Counted from the first letter of the stretch, positions 18,814-28,869 are shown. The stretch is DNA of 64,000 nt from Actinomycetota bacterium (GCA_040905365.1 JBBDRQ010000061.1:21079-85078), one strand, 5' to 3'. Made by a program: numbers and translations. Notes: generated by a model from the sequence alone, not told the origin.

Positions 18814-20628
18814 ATGGATCCGGAGGAAGTAGAACAGCGAGAATTTCTAGTTACGCTGCGGGGCTATTCCCGAGACGAGGTCGACGCCTTCAAGTCGGAG
18901 GTAGCCGGGTACCTGCGCAGCCTAACAGCCGAGCTGACCGCCTCCGCTGAGGAACTTAAGAACGTAAAAGTCCAGCTGGAGCAAGCGCGAGCGCAGCCCC
19001 GGTCCGAACCTGGAGCGCGGGAGGCCGAAGAGGCCGAAGCGCAAACGACACCACACCGGGAGTTGGCGTTCAAGCAGGTTGCTCAGGAGACGGAGCGGAT
19101 ACTGATGGCGGCCGAACAGGTCGCGGAGCAGATGCACGCCCGGGCCCGCCAGGAAGCGGCGGAGGTCCTGACCGATGCCCGGCGCCAGGCACAGCACGGT
19201 TTCGATCAAGTGGAGGAGTCCAAGCGGCGCGCAGAGCGCGACCTCGACAGCATCCGCGAGTCACGGGGGTTGATCGCATCCCAGATGGAGGACATACGGC
19301 GCCGGCTCGACGAGACGATAAATCGTCTGCGTATTCCCGTGGAGTCTCCTGTCACCCCGGTCCGGCCGCGCGGTTTTCGGGAGGACCGCCAGCGCGCCTT
19401 GCACGAGGCGGATCAAGCTCAGCCGGTGGCCGGTCCTCAGCCGGGAGCGGAGCCCGATGCCGCCCAAAAGGAGCCTCGATCCGACCGGGATCGCCGGCTG
19501 AGGCAAATTGCCGAGCGCCAGGCGCGGGAAGTAGCCGAGGGTCCGGATAAAGAGCGTGCCTCCCAGCAGGCCAAGCCTCGCTCATCGGGCGAGCCCGCTA
19601 AGCCAAAGCAGCCTGAGCGCTCGGAGGACGCCGCCGATTCGCAGAACACGCCCGCCGCTGCGCCTCCGACCTCCCGGGCACCTGAGATCCCCGACGCCTT
19701 GAAACCCGAGCAACCTGCCGAGCCCGAGCAGCAACCTGCCTCAGGGAGGGACGAGCCGAAGGCGCCGCAGGTTGAGTCGTCGAAGGGTGCTTTGGACGAA
19801 CTGTTGGAGGAGTTTCGCCGAAGCCGCGCCAAGGGTAGCGATGCCAAAGCTGCCGGGTCCCAACAGGAGACTGCGACCGAGACGGCAACAACCGAGACGG
19901 CAACTGATTTAGCCGGTACAGCGGACCGGCCCGGGACCGGTGAGGACGCACTGGATCGGCTCGAGCAACGCACCGAGCTCCTGAGCGACCTACCCAACCA
20001 AGCTGCACGCCGGTTGAAGCGGTTGTTGCAGGAGGAGCACAACGACATCCTGGATCGGCTGCGTACAACCAAGAAAGCCAAAGCCGATGCTGAGCAGATC
20101 GTCGCCCCGATAGACGAGCAACTCGCGCGCTTTTTAGATGGTCTCGGCAACGTTCTCGGCGAGGCGTTCCAGCGGGGGCGCCGGCCGGCCGGCGGCAACG
20201 AAAACGGCGATGCTGCCGACGCCGTTGAGCGGCTGATCACCAGGCAAGTGGTGAAACCCTTGAGGTCGGAGGTGGTGGGGGCCATTCAGGCCGGTTTGGA
20301 TGCCGACGACGCAGCCTCGTCCGTAGCCGAGCGGGCCAGCGATGTATTTCGGGTGTGGAAAGGTGTGCGGACCGAGTTGCTCGGCGAGGGCATGGCTTAC
20401 GCCGCGTATCACCAGGGGTTGCTGGACCAGTGGTCGGGCCAATCCGGGGCACGTAAAGTGTGGGTGATCTCCGAGGAGGACGAGTGCCCGGGTGACGTGT
20501 GCGCTACCAACGCCGCAGCCGGCCCGACCGACCTTAAGGCCGCATTTCCCAGCGGTCATACGCTGCCACCGGCTCACGGCGGCTGCCTTTGTACGTTAAA
20601 CAAGGCCGACTCGAGTAAAAACCATTAG
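18814..20628 (+). CDS. DivIVA-domain protein with long charged, disordered region and a Cys-containing C-terminal domain
   Basis: N-terminal DivIVA motif FLVTLRGYSRDEVDAFKSEV; about 400 aa of E/R/A/Q-rich low-complexity sequence; C-terminus VWVISEEDECPGDVCATNAAAGP ... PPAHGGCLCTL. The ATG at 18814 follows AAGGAAG. The ORF-track GTG is at 18808. Confidence 0.7.
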   Translation: MDPEEVEQREFLVTLRGYSRDEVDAFKSEVAGYLRSLTAELTASAEELKNVKVQLEQARAQPRSEPGAREAEEAEAQTTPHRELAFKQVAQETERILMAAEQVAEQMHARARQEAAEVLTDARRQAQHGFDQVEESKRRAERDLDSIRESRGLIASQMEDIRRRLDETINRLRIPVESPVTPVRPRGFREDRQRALHEADQAQPVAGPQPGAEPDAAQKEPRSDRDRRLRQIAERQAREVAEGPDKERASQQAKPRSSGEPAKPKQPERSEDAADSQNTPAAAPPTSRAPEIPDALKPEQPAEPEQQPASGRDEPKAPQVESSKGALDELLEEFRRSRAKGSDAKAAGSQQETATETATTETATDLAGTADRPGTGEDALDRLEQRTELLSDLPNQAARRLKRLLQEEHNDILDRLRTTKKAKADAEQIVAPIDEQLARFLDGLGNVLGEAFQRGRRPAGGNENGDAADAVERLITRQVVKPLRSEVVGAIQAGLDADDAASSVAERASDVFRVWKGVRTELLGEGMAYAAYHQGLLDQWSGQSGARKVWVISEEDECPGDVCATNAAAGPTDLKAAFPSGHTLPPAHGGCLCTLNKADSSKNH

Positions 20629-20640
20629 GCTGGGTCCTCC

Positions 20641-23526
20641 ATGGTGACGAAGCTTCCTTCGCCCGGATCCGGGCGACCGCTGCGGACGGTCCTGATCGGA
20701 CTGATTTTTGTCGTCATAATCTCGCTGTCGGCAATTGTCAGCCTGTACGTCGACCTGCTTTGGTTCCAGGAGGTCGGCTTCGATTCGGTGTTCTGGAAGA
20801 TCCTGTCCTCGCAAGCCTTCCTGGTGGCAGCGTTCGGTTTGGTCTTTTTTGTTTTTTGTCTCGTCAATCTGATCGTCGTCTCCCGATCCAGCCCCACTTA
20901 TCCGATGACCGACCCGGACGACCCGTTGGAGCGGCTGCGAGAAGCCTTGATTCCACTTCCCAAATGGATTCTTATCGGCGCCAGCGCGCTGCTGGCGTTT
21001 CTGTTTGCTTTGCGATTGGCTCCCGCTTGGGAGCTGTTTTTGCTGTCGAACAACCAGGTGCCCTTTGGGATCGAGGACCCGGTGTTCCAAAAGGACATCG
21101 GTTTTTACGTCTTTCGGCTGCCCATGCTGCAGTTGACCTATCAGTGGCTGTTCTCGGCAGTATTCGTGGTGATCCTGCTGGTGGCAGGTACCTATTACCT
21201 CACGGGAGGCATCCGGCCCCAGGCGGCGATCGATCGGGTGTCGGCCAACGTAAAGGTCCACTTGTCCGTGCTGATCGGCCTGCTGGCGCTGCTAAGGGCG
21301 TGGGGCTACCGGCTTGACCAGTTCGAGCTTTTGTACTCCGAGCGGGGGACGGTGTCGGGAGCGTCCTACACCGATGTAACCGCCGAGCTGCCGGCTCTGA
21401 ATTTGTTGCTTGTGGTTTCGATAATCGGCGCAATCTTGTTCCTCGTAAATATTCGCTTCAGGGGCTGGGCGCTGCCTGCCATCGGTTTGGGTCTGTGGGT
21501 CCTCACCTCGGTTCTGGCCGCCGGCGTCTACCCGGCGGTCATCGAGCGCTTTCGGGTAGAGCCGGCTCAGCTGCAAAGGGAGCGGCCTTACCTGGAACGC
21601 AATCTCGAGTCGACCCGGTCCGCCTATGGATTGGATGCCATGGAGGTTACCCAGTTTCCGATCGAGCCGGGCTTGAGCGCCGAAACGGTGGAGGGTAACG
21701 ACAACACCTTGGACAACGTCAGGCTCTGGGATCCCCAGACGTTGAAGACCGCGTACCGCCAGCTCCAGGAGATCCGGACCTACTACCAGTTTCAAGACGT
21801 GGACGTGGATCGCTACACGATCAACGGGCAGCGCCGGCAGTTGATGCTGGCGCTGCGCGAGCTCGACGTCAGCGGATTGGAGAGCCGGTCTTGGCTAAAC
21901 GATCACTTGGTTTACACGCACGGCTACGGTGCGGTTGCCAGCCCCACCAACGACACCGAGGGGGAGGGACGCCCACGGCTGCTGCTGCGGGACATACCTC
22001 CAGCCAGCGGTGTGGACCGGCTGGACATAGAGCGATCCGGCATCTACTTCGGCGAAGGCCCCGCTACTTACTCGGTGGTCAAGACGGAGCAATTGGAGCT
22101 TGACTACACCGCCGAGGGCGAGAACCGGACTACCGAATATGCGGGCGAGGCCGGCATCCCCATCTCCAACCTCTTCCGGCGGGCGGCGCTGGCTTGGAAT
22201 TTCCGGGACGTCAACCTGCTGATCTCCAGCCTTATCGACTCCGACTCCGAGATCCTGACCAACCGCAATATCCGCCAGCGCGTGCAGAAGGTGGCTCCGT
22301 TTCTGGAATTAGACGGCGATCCGTACCCGGTGATCGCCGACGGAAAGATCACATGGATGCTCGACGCCTACACGGTCTCGGGCATGTACCCGTATTCGCA
22401 GCACTTCGACTTCCAGGGCCTCTCGATGATCCGCGGGGGTGCATCGGAGGGTCAACCCAGCATCTTTGGCACGAACAACTACATACGCAACTCGGTGAAA
22501 GTGACCGTCGACGCGTACGACGGCACGATCAAGCTGCACGTATGGGACGAGGACGATCCGATTATCCGGGCCTGGCGCAGCGCCTTTCCCGATCTTTTCG
22601 TCGATCAGGACGCGATGCCCGCGGAGTTGAGGGAGCACATTCGCTATCCCGAGGATCTGTTCCGCATCCAGGCCAACGTGTATCAGCGCTACCACATGAC
22701 CAACATCACCGAGTTCTACCAGCGCGAGGACCAATGGGTCATTCCGGATCAACCGGAGGGTATAGCCGCCAGCGGCGGCGCCAGATCCAACAAGCTGGAC
22801 CCCTACTACGTGTTGATGCGGCTCCCCGACGCCGATGCCGACCAGTACGTGATGATCCTGCCGATGAACCCGCGTGGCCGCCCCAACATGGTGTCCTTGC
22901 TGGCCGCCAAATCCGATCCGGACGAGTTTGGCGAGCTGGTCGATTTGAGGTTCCCTGCAGGCCTGCAGGTGTTCGGTGTGGGCCAGGTTCATGCGCGAAT
23001 CAACGCCAACGAGGAGATCTCAGAAACTCGTACTCTGCTGGGCCAGGGCGGTTCCAGGGTAATCTTGGGCAACCTGTTGGTCCTGCCGATCGGTGATTCG
23101 CTGGTGTACTCGCAGCCGCTGTTCGTGCAAGCCGAATCCAACGCTATCCCGGAGCTCAAGTACGTGATCCTGGCCACCTCGGACCAGGTCCGTATGGCGC
23201 CGACGGTCGAGTTGGCGCTGGAGGCGCTGCTTAGGGACGGACCGACGGTCGTCGATACCCCCGACGAATTGGACGAGACTCCGGAGGGAGAAGGGGAGCC
23301 GGCCGATCCTCCGCCGCCCGAACCCGAACCCGAACCCGAGCCCGAGCCCGAGCCCGAGCCCGAACCGGAACCCGAACCGCTAACCGGGACGCAGCAGGAG
23401 CTCCTGCTGCAGGCGGCCGAGCACTTCGACGCCGCCGACGAGGCTGCTCGCAACGGCGACTGGGCCACTTACGGCGAGCAGCAGCGCCTGGGCCGGGAAG
23501 CGATTAGCGAGGCCCTGGGCGGCTAG
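20641..23526 (+). CDS. UPF0182-family large polytopic membrane protein with C-terminal (PE)n repeat
   Basis: 961 aa with 7 or more N-terminal TM helices and a large extracytoplasmic domain. It resembles mycobacterial Rv3193c-type proteins. Confidence 0.85.
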   Translation: MVTKLPSPGSGRPLRTVLIGLIFVVIISLSAIVSLYVDLLWFQEVGFDSVFWKILSSQAFLVAAFGLVFFVFCLVNLIVVSRSSPTYPMTDPDDPLERLREALIPLPKWILIGASALLAFLFALRLAPAWELFLLSNNQVPFGIEDPVFQKDIGFYVFRLPMLQLTYQWLFSAVFVVILLVAGTYYLTGGIRPQAAIDRVSANVKVHLSVLIGLLALLRAWGYRLDQFELLYSERGTVSGASYTDVTAELPALNLLLVVSIIGAILFLVNIRFRGWALPAIGLGLWVLTSVLAAGVYPAVIERFRVEPAQLQRERPYLERNLESTRSAYGLDAMEVTQFPIEPGLSAETVEGNDNTLDNVRLWDPQTLKTAYRQLQEIRTYYQFQDVDVDRYTINGQRRQLMLALRELDVSGLESRSWLNDHLVYTHGYGAVASPTNDTEGEGRPRLLLRDIPPASGVDRLDIERSGIYFGEGPATYSVVKTEQLELDYTAEGENRTTEYAGEAGIPISNLFRRAALAWNFRDVNLLISSLIDSDSEILTNRNIRQRVQKVAPFLELDGDPYPVIADGKITWMLDAYTVSGMYPYSQHFDFQGLSMIRGGASEGQPSIFGTNNYIRNSVKVTVDAYDGTIKLHVWDEDDPIIRAWRSAFPDLFVDQDAMPAELREHIRYPEDLFRIQANVYQRYHMTNITEFYQREDQWVIPDQPEGIAASGGARSNKLDPYYVLMRLPDADADQYVMILPMNPRGRPNMVSLLAAKSDPDEFGELVDLRFPAGLQVFGVGQVHARINANEEISETRTLLGQGGSRVILGNLLVLPIGDSLVYSQPLFVQAESNAIPELKYVILATSDQVRMAPTVELALEALLRDGPTVVDTPDELDETPEGEGEPADPPPPEPEPEPEPEPEPEPEPEPEPLTGTQQELLLQAAEHFDAADEAARNGDWATYGEQQRLGREAISEALGG
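23317..23379 (+). repeat. Tandem hexanucleotide repeat (CCCGAR)x10 encoding (Pro-Glu)n within the UPF0182 C-terminus
   Basis: The repeat is read directly from the sequence. It is in-frame within the UPF0182 gene. Confidence 0.8.
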
Positions 23527-23583
23527 GTTTGCCGGGTCCTTGCAGGCCGGGTGGCAAGGTTGAATCCCTGTGCTACGCTAGGC

Positions 23584-23657
<74 letters not shown>

Positions 23658-23677
23658 ACTAGATTTCAGGCACAAAT

Positions 23678-23708
23678 GAGGCCCCCGGGGAACTTCCGGG
23701 GGCCTTTT
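23678..23708 (+). terminator. Rho-independent terminator downstream of tRNA-Met
   Basis: AGGCCCCCGG - loop - CCGGGGGGCCT followed by TTTT. Confidence 0.65.
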
Positions 23709-23973
23709 AACTGTCCGCTCACCTCGCTCACGAAAGATCGAAGCTGGCCTTACTCCATACTCCATGTTTGCGGCGAGTAAGTCTTCGCAGGAATTTGCGC
23801 ATCCGCAGTGAAGGGATCGAAGCCTTCTGGGGTGTAGTCGTCCAGGTACCAATCGACGACGTACCTTTCCTGGTCGTGATGGGTGCTCGGAGCTGGGTTT
23901 TCATGGATACGCAGTCGGAACAGGGAAATCACCTCCGAAGTCTTGTCTACCCTGCCGCGGGTAGTGCCAGGTT

Positions 23974-24432
23974 CTACTTATGCACTACCTGGGTGTGGGC
24001 GGCCAGGTCTCCTAGGCGCTGCCTTTTTGAGGAGACCAGAACCGTGATGAAGGCCACCAGATAGAAGAACAGTCCGTCAACAATGCGCAGAACCGTCCTA
24101 ATGGTTGCGGGGCCCAGCCCCGGGACCTCATTCGAATCTTCCTTCACGACCTTGATGCCGGCGACCATCTTTCCGACTGTTTGGCCCAGATAGCCCTCCA
24201 TGAGAATGAAGTACGCGAGCGCCAGCAAGCCGTAGGCGAACGCCGGCAAGCCCGCAAGGTTGGCCTCCCACGTTCCCTGCACGGCCGCGAAGTCGCCGAA
24301 GGCGGATGCCATGGCGGCGAACAGCAGGCCCAAGATGAGGCCGTCGACGATGGTCGCTACCACCCTTTTGCCGGTGACGTGGAAATTCTCTTGTGCCGCG
24401 GTTGCCGAATAACCCACCGTATGGCTGGTCAT
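23974..24432 (-). CDS. RDD-family membrane protein
   Basis: 152 aa from an internal ATG (confirmed as CAT at 24430-24432 on the + strand), with three TM helices and an RDD-like fold. The ORF-track extension to 25077 is antisense to the TlpA-like fragment. Confidence 0.7.
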   Translation of the reverse strand: MTSHTVGYSATAAQENFHVTGKRVVATIVDGLILGLLFAAMASAFGDFAAVQGTWEANLAGLPAFAYGLLALAYFILMEGYLGQTVGKMVAGIKVVKEDSNEVPGLGPATIRTVLRIVDGLFFYLVAFITVLVSSKRQRLGDLAAHTQVVHK

Positions 24433-24604
24433 GTTGCGTTCCCCTTTCGCCGGGTTGCTCTGTGTGGGCAGCCTGACGTCTGCTCGGCGCGGGCGGTAGA
24501 TGCAAGTGGCCCGGCTTCTACGGGGCTTTAGGCCCTTAGCTCGATGTGCAGCAGGTGGCTCGGCAGGTCTGAGCACGGACTTCCCGGCCCTGGGCGTGCG
24601 CCGG

Positions 24605-24960
24605 GTGCCGGAGAAGACTCGAAAGACGGCGCCCGTGGCTCTTGCGGCCGCGGCCGCCTGCACGTCCGGGCAAAACGACTCCTCACCGTCGCCGAAGGCG
24701 GCAGCTACCGTGCCCGACGCCGCTACCGCGACGCCGGATCCGCCGGGCGGCACCGCCCCTTCGATGCAGACCAACTCAGCTCGACAGGCGGCCGAAGTGC
24801 CGCCGATTGTGGACTTCACCGCGTCCCGGTTGGGCGGCGGGGAGGTGGTCGGCGCCGAGCTGGCCGGAAACCACGTGGCTATGTGGTTTTGGGCTCCCTG
24901 GTGACCCACCTGCAATGCGGAAGCTTCCGATGTCGCACAGGTGGTGCGAGAGTATGAGTG
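24605..24960 (+). pseudogene. Truncated TlpA/ResA-like thioredoxin-fold lipoprotein fragment with TGA in place of the first Cys of the CxxC motif
   Basis: GTG 24605; signal peptide with AAAAAC lipobox; ... GEVVGAELAGNHVAMWFWAPW-TGA(24902-04)-PTCNAEASDVAQVVREYE matches FWASWCGPCRAEAP.L..L...Y. Homology ends about 20 codons later and the region then overlaps the cupredoxin gene on the opposite strand. Confidence 0.55.
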
Positions 24961-25016
24961 GTGCCTGTATCCGCACCGGCGGAACCGAGGTGGTGCTTTC
25001 TTTGGAACCACGGGCC

Positions 25017-25469
25017 TCAGTCGTTCACTACGAGTGTGCCCACCATTCCGGCTTGGGCATGTCCGGGAATTGTGCATTCAAACCGGTACCGTCCGGCGTC
25101 GGTTACCTCAAGCCCTCCCGTGGATCGCCGGCCTGCATTGGCTCTCAGCTGGAAATCTAGTTCGACGATGGTGAAATCGTGGATCAGCGCGCCTCGATTG
25201 CTCAGGCCGATATTGACCGGTTCCCCTGCGGTGATTTCGATCCTGGAGGGGTCGAAAACGAATTCACCGGCTTGGACCTCGATCTGCTCGCCGCCCCGGA
25301 TGCGGGGTGGAAGTGGGCCGCTATCGTCTACACGCCAGCCCATCATCGTCCCGTGCGGATGATAGGACCAGCCGGCGCCGCTTCCGGAGGAAACCGCCAT
25401 GCCGACCAACCCCACCACCAACGACGCGACTCCACCGATCAGCAAAGCGCGCGAAGGCATCCGTGTCAC
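25017..25469 (-). CDS. Secreted cupredoxin-like copper-binding protein
   Basis: N-terminal signal/TM segment; FECTIPGHAQAGMVGTLVV gives type-1 Cu ligands (Cys, His, Met). Confidence 0.8.
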   Translation of the reverse strand: MTRMPSRALLIGGVASLVVGLVGMAVSSGSGAGWSYHPHGTMMGWRVDDSGPLPPRIRGGEQIEVQAGEFVFDPSRIEITAGEPVNIGLSNRGALIHDFTIVELDFQLRANAGRRSTGGLEVTDAGRYRFECTIPGHAQAGMVGTLVVND

Positions 25470-25693
25470 CTGCTTTCCAGCGCTCTACGGCGTCGCTCGA
25501 ACTCTTCCTCGTCGATCTCACCACGGGCAAAGCGCTCCTCGAGAATGTGCATGGCGCGCCCGGCTTCTTTCGACCCCTCGGAGCTCCCCCGGTGTTGCGT
25601 GGCCTGGACGGCCCAAACGATGACCGCGATTAGTCCGCCCCAAAACAGCAGCATCCACAACCACATCCACCAACCGCCGTATCCGTACATCAT
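25466..25693 (-). CDS. SHOCT-domain small membrane protein
   Basis: MMYGYGGWWMWLWMLLFWGGLIAVIVW ... ILEERFARGEIDEEEFERRRRAL. Overlaps the cupredoxin start by 4 nt. Confidence 0.7.
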   Translation of the reverse strand: MMYGYGGWWMWLWMLLFWGGLIAVIVWAVQATQHRGSSEGSKEAGRAMHILEERFARGEIDEEEFERRRRALESR

Positions 25694-25876
25694 CCGTTCG
25701 ACCTCCGTAACTCAAGTGCCTGGGTAGCACACTAGAAGACGTGTCCGCTGGGTTTTAGAGGCACAAGGCCCGGGACTCTAAGGACCTTTGCCGGTCGATC
25801 CGGCGTCGGGTCTCGGCCGCCGGCTCCGGCAATTAGCGCCGTGCCGGCGAGAGGCCCGACATTCCGCTTTGTCGAG

Positions 25877-28828
25877 CTACGTGCGGGACTGTGACGCGGT
25901 GCTGGTTACGTAATTTCCCGGGTCTTCTACAAACTGCTCCCGGCAATGCTCGGAGCAGAAGTACAGGATCTCCCCCTCGTGCTCAACGCTGCCCGCAGCG
26001 CGATTTGGGTCGATCTTCATTCCGCAAACCGGGTCGGTCACTTGCTCCGGCCGTTCGCTGCCCGCGTCGTCGGCCCCAACTTCCACGGCGGGCGTGCCGG
26101 CCAACGCCAGTTTGTCGGTGCTGATGGGATGTGGACGCCAGTGGCGTAGCCGGTTGGCGTTGGTCACCACCGACAGGCTGGAGGCGGCCATAGCGGCCGC
26201 AGCGATCATCGGGCTGAGCTGAACGCCGATGAACGGGTAGAGAACTCCAGCGGCGACGGGAATCCCGACTCCGTTGTAGATAAAAGCAAGGAACAGGTTT
26301 TGCCGTATGTTTCGCATCGTGGCTCGACTTAGGGTAATGGCGGTGACTACGCCGTCGAGCGATCCGGCGATCAAAGTAATGTCGGAGGATTCGATTGCCA
26401 CGTCGGTGCCGGTGCCGATTGCAAATCCGATATCGGCCTGAGCAAGTGCCGGAGCGTCGTTTATGCCGTCGCCGACCATTGCCACTATTGAGCCTTCGTC
26501 CTGAAGGCGGCGTACCTCCAGAGCCTTGTGCTCGGGCAGCACTTCGGCCAGAACTCGTTCCACGCCTACCTGTCGGGCTATGGCGGTGGCGGTGCGAGCA
26601 TTGTCACCGGTGATCATTGCCACGGTCGGACCCAGCGCCCGCAATGCAGCAATGGCGGCGGTGGACTCTTCCTTGATGGTGTCGGCGACCGCGATGACGC
26701 CGCCAGGACCGCCGTCGACAGCCACCAGCATGGGAGTGCGGCCGGCTTCGGCAAGCCGCTCGGTCTCGGCGGTTAGCTGGTTGGTGTCGACGGAGGCGTC
26801 GTCGAGCAACCGGCGATTGCCGATGAGCACCTCGCGTCCGTCCACCAAGGCGCGGATACCCTTGCCGGTGATGGAGTCGAACTGGGCAGGCGCAGCCAGT
26901 TCCAGCCCGCGCTCACGAGCACCGGCCACTATGGCCCGAGCCAGGGGGTGCTCGGAGGACTGCTCGGCGGAGGCGACCAGGCGGAGCAGTTCGTCCTCGT
27001 CGATTCGTCCGACCGCGGTTACGTCGGTGAGTGCGGGTTCACCGCGTGTGATGGTGCCCGTCTTATCCAGCACTATCGTATCGATCTTGTGTGCGGTCTC
27101 CAGGGCTTCGGCCGAGCGGATGAGAATCCCCTGCTGCGCACCCTTGCCGGTGGCCACCATGATCGACAGCGGTGTCGCCAGGCCCAAGGCGCAAGGGCAG
27201 GCGATAATCAGCACGGAAACCGCGGCAATCAGCGCAAGAGTGAGCGCCGGCTGAGGCCCGACCAGGAACCAGGTCACGAAGGTGCCGACCGCAACGAACA
27301 TGACCGTCGGCACGAAGTACGAAGACACCAGATCCGCCAGGCGCTGAATAGGGGCTTTGGAGCCCTGGGCCTGTTCTACGAGTTTGATAATCTGCGACAG
27401 CATCGTGTCGGCGCCGACTTTGGTGGCCCTGAAACGAAAAGCGCCGGTCTGGTTGATGGTGGCGCCGATAACCGTGTCTCCAGCATCCTTGGTGACCGGT
27501 ATGGATTCGCCCGTGACCATGGACTCATCTATGGTGGAGCGCCCGTCGATGACCTCGCCGTCCACGGGGATCTTATCCCCGGGCCGAACCAGGACGACAT
27601 CGCCCGGGACCACATCTTCGATGGGAATCTCCAGCTCGGCCCCGTCCCGGATGGTTGTTGCGGTGCGGGCTTGCAGACCGATCAGCTTACGGATGGCCTC
27701 CCCGGTACCGGCCTTGGCCCGAACCTCCAGCAGGCGACCCAAAAGAATCAAGGTGATGATCACTCCGACGGCTTCGAAGTAGACCGCTCGAACTCCGGCG
27801 GGAACCAGTGTGGGTGCAATAGTCACGAATAGGCTGTAGCCGAACGCGGCGATGGTCCCGATGGTAATGAGGCTGTTCATGTCGGCGGTCCGGTGCCGCA
27901 TAGTCAGCCAGCCGGTGCGGTGTATCGGCCACCCCGCGTAGAGCATCACAGGCGTTGCCAATGCCAGTTGCACCCACCGGTTCATTAGGAAATCCGGCAC
28001 CCACTGGGCGGCAAAAAGGTCTGTGGCCATGACCGCGACCACCAGCGGTGTGGATAGGACCGCCCCCACCAGAACGCGGCGAGAAAGATCCTTGATCTCA
28101 GCCTGGCGCTCGGCCGCCTCGCTGTCTTCGGTAGCCGCGGTGCCGGGTGCCTCCCGGGGGACGAGCCGGTAGCCGGAGTCGGCCACGGCGGTTTGCAGAT
28201 CCGCGGAGGTGACCTTGCTCGGGTCGTACTCTACCATCGCCCGCTGAGTTCCCAGACTCACATCCACCCGGTCGACGCCCGGAATTTCGGTGAGCATCGA
28301 CTCGATGTTGACCACGCACGACGCACACGACATGCCGCTGACGCGGAATTCTGCCTGCTCGGTGGAAACCGTGCGTTCCGTAGACGGTCCGACGCCGACG
28401 GCCTGCGCCACGGGCCGGTGCTCGTCAGGTGCGTCGGACTCGGAGGACGAGCCTTCCGGCTCCACGACTAGGGTTCCATGGATCATGTTCATCCCGCACG
28501 CGAAGCTGAACTCGCCTGCCCGGTCGGGAGTGAACTGAAGGCTAGCGGATCCGTAGGCCGGCAGCGTCTTGGAAACAGCGAAGTCGGGGAAAACCACCCG
28601 GGAAGTGCAGTCGCCGGCTTCTTGACGGTCGAACACGAGCCGTAGAGGCACTCCTTGCCGCACCCTGATCAGGTCCGGCGAGTAGCCTCCTTTAACGGTT
28701 ACGTTGACCTCCTGGACGCCGCCGACCAAATCCGCCCGGCGGGCCTTTTTTGGTCCGAAGAAGAACCATCCCAGGAACGCTGCAACTGCGACGCCGGCCA
28801 AGACGACGATCGTATCGATCGAGCTCAC
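25877..28828 (-). CDS. copA: Copper-translocating P1B-type ATPase: N-terminal TM + cupredoxin-like domain, one HMA (GMSCASC), C-terminal YHS/TRASH domain
   Basis: [16 protein letters not shown]; N-terminal [16 protein letters not shown]; C-terminal VCGMKID ... [11 protein letters not shown]. The GTG start follows GGAGG. Confidence 0.9.
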   Translation of the reverse strand: MSSIDTIVVLAGVAVAAFLGWFFFGPKKARRADLVGGVQEVNVTVKGGYSPDLIRVRQGVPLRLVFDRQEAGDCTSRVVFPDFAVSKTLPAYGSASLQFTPDRAGEFSFACGMNMIHGTLVVEPEGSSSESDAPDEHRPVAQAVGVGPSTERTVSTEQAEFRVSGMSCASCVVNIESMLTEIPGVDRVDVSLGTQRAMVEYDPSKVTSADLQTAVADSGYRLVPREAPGTAATEDSEAAERQAEIKDLSRRVLVGAVLSTPLVVAVMATDLFAAQWVPDFLMNRWVQLALATPVMLYAGWPIHRTGWLTMRHRTADMNSLITIGTIAAFGYSLFVTIAPTLVPAGVRAVYFEAVGVIITLILLGRLLEVRAKAGTGEAIRKLIGLQARTATTIRDGAELEIPIEDVVPGDVVLVRPGDKIPVDGEVIDGRSTIDESMVTGESIPVTKDAGDTVIGATINQTGAFRFRATKVGADTMLSQIIKLVEQAQGSKAPIQRLADLVSSYFVPTVMFVAVGTFVTWFLVGPQPALTLALIAAVSVLIIACPCALGLATPLSIMVATGKGAQQGILIRSAEALETAHKIDTIVLDKTGTITRGEPALTDVTAVGRIDEDELLRLVASAEQSSEHPLARAIVAGARERGLELAAPAQFDSITGKGIRALVDGREVLIGNRRLLDDASVDTNQLTAETERLAEAGRTPMLVAVDGGPGGVIAVADTIKEESTAAIAALRALGPTVAMITGDNARTATAIARQVGVERVLAEVLPEHKALEVRRLQDEGSIVAMVGDGINDAPALAQADIGFAIGTGTDVAIESSDITLIAGSLDGVVTAITLSRATMRNIRQNLFLAFIYNGVGIPVAAGVLYPFIGVQLSPMIAAAAMAASSLSVVTNANRLRHWRPHPISTDKLALAGTPAVEVGADDAGSERPEQVTDPVCGMKIDPNRAAGSVEHEGEILYFCSEHCREQFVEDPGNYVTSTASQSRT

Positions 28829-28852
28829 GAAAAACAGACCTCCACCTAGACT

Positions 28853-28869
28853 GTACCCCTACAGGGTAC
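28853..28869. promoter_or_regulatory. CsoR-type operator-like inverted repeat GTACCCCTACAGGGTAC (overlapping CTGTA-CCCC-TACAG) about 25 bp upstream of copA
   Basis: TACCC ... GGGTA resembles known CsoR/RicR operators. No csoR-like ORF is present in cis. Confidence 0.45.

Noticed and set aside
23317-23379. Possible CRISPR array or other interspaced repeats
   Set aside because: The only arrays are in-frame tandem codon repeats inside genes ((PE)n, PQEPES) with no spacers. No CRISPR-like repeat-spacer structure was seen anywhere.
23750-23932. 60-aa minus-strand ORF between the tRNA and the RDD gene (MISLFRLRIHENP...)
   Set aside because: Its GTG start abuts the GGAGG with no spacer, and no homology was recognised. 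It is probably non-coding 3' or 5' region.
23974-25077. 367-aa minus-strand ORF spanning the RDD gene and beyond
   Set aside because: Only the C-terminal 152 aa (from the ATG at 24432) is RDD-like. The upstream 215 aa are antisense to the TlpA-like fragment and non-protein-like.
24905-25174. Read-through of the TlpA-like frame past the TGA into ORF 24941..25174
   Set aside because: The sequence beyond REYE has no thioredoxin-fold similarity and overlaps the cupredoxin gene on the opposite strand by about 160 nt. The fragment is treated as a truncated remnant, not a full-length selenoprotein.
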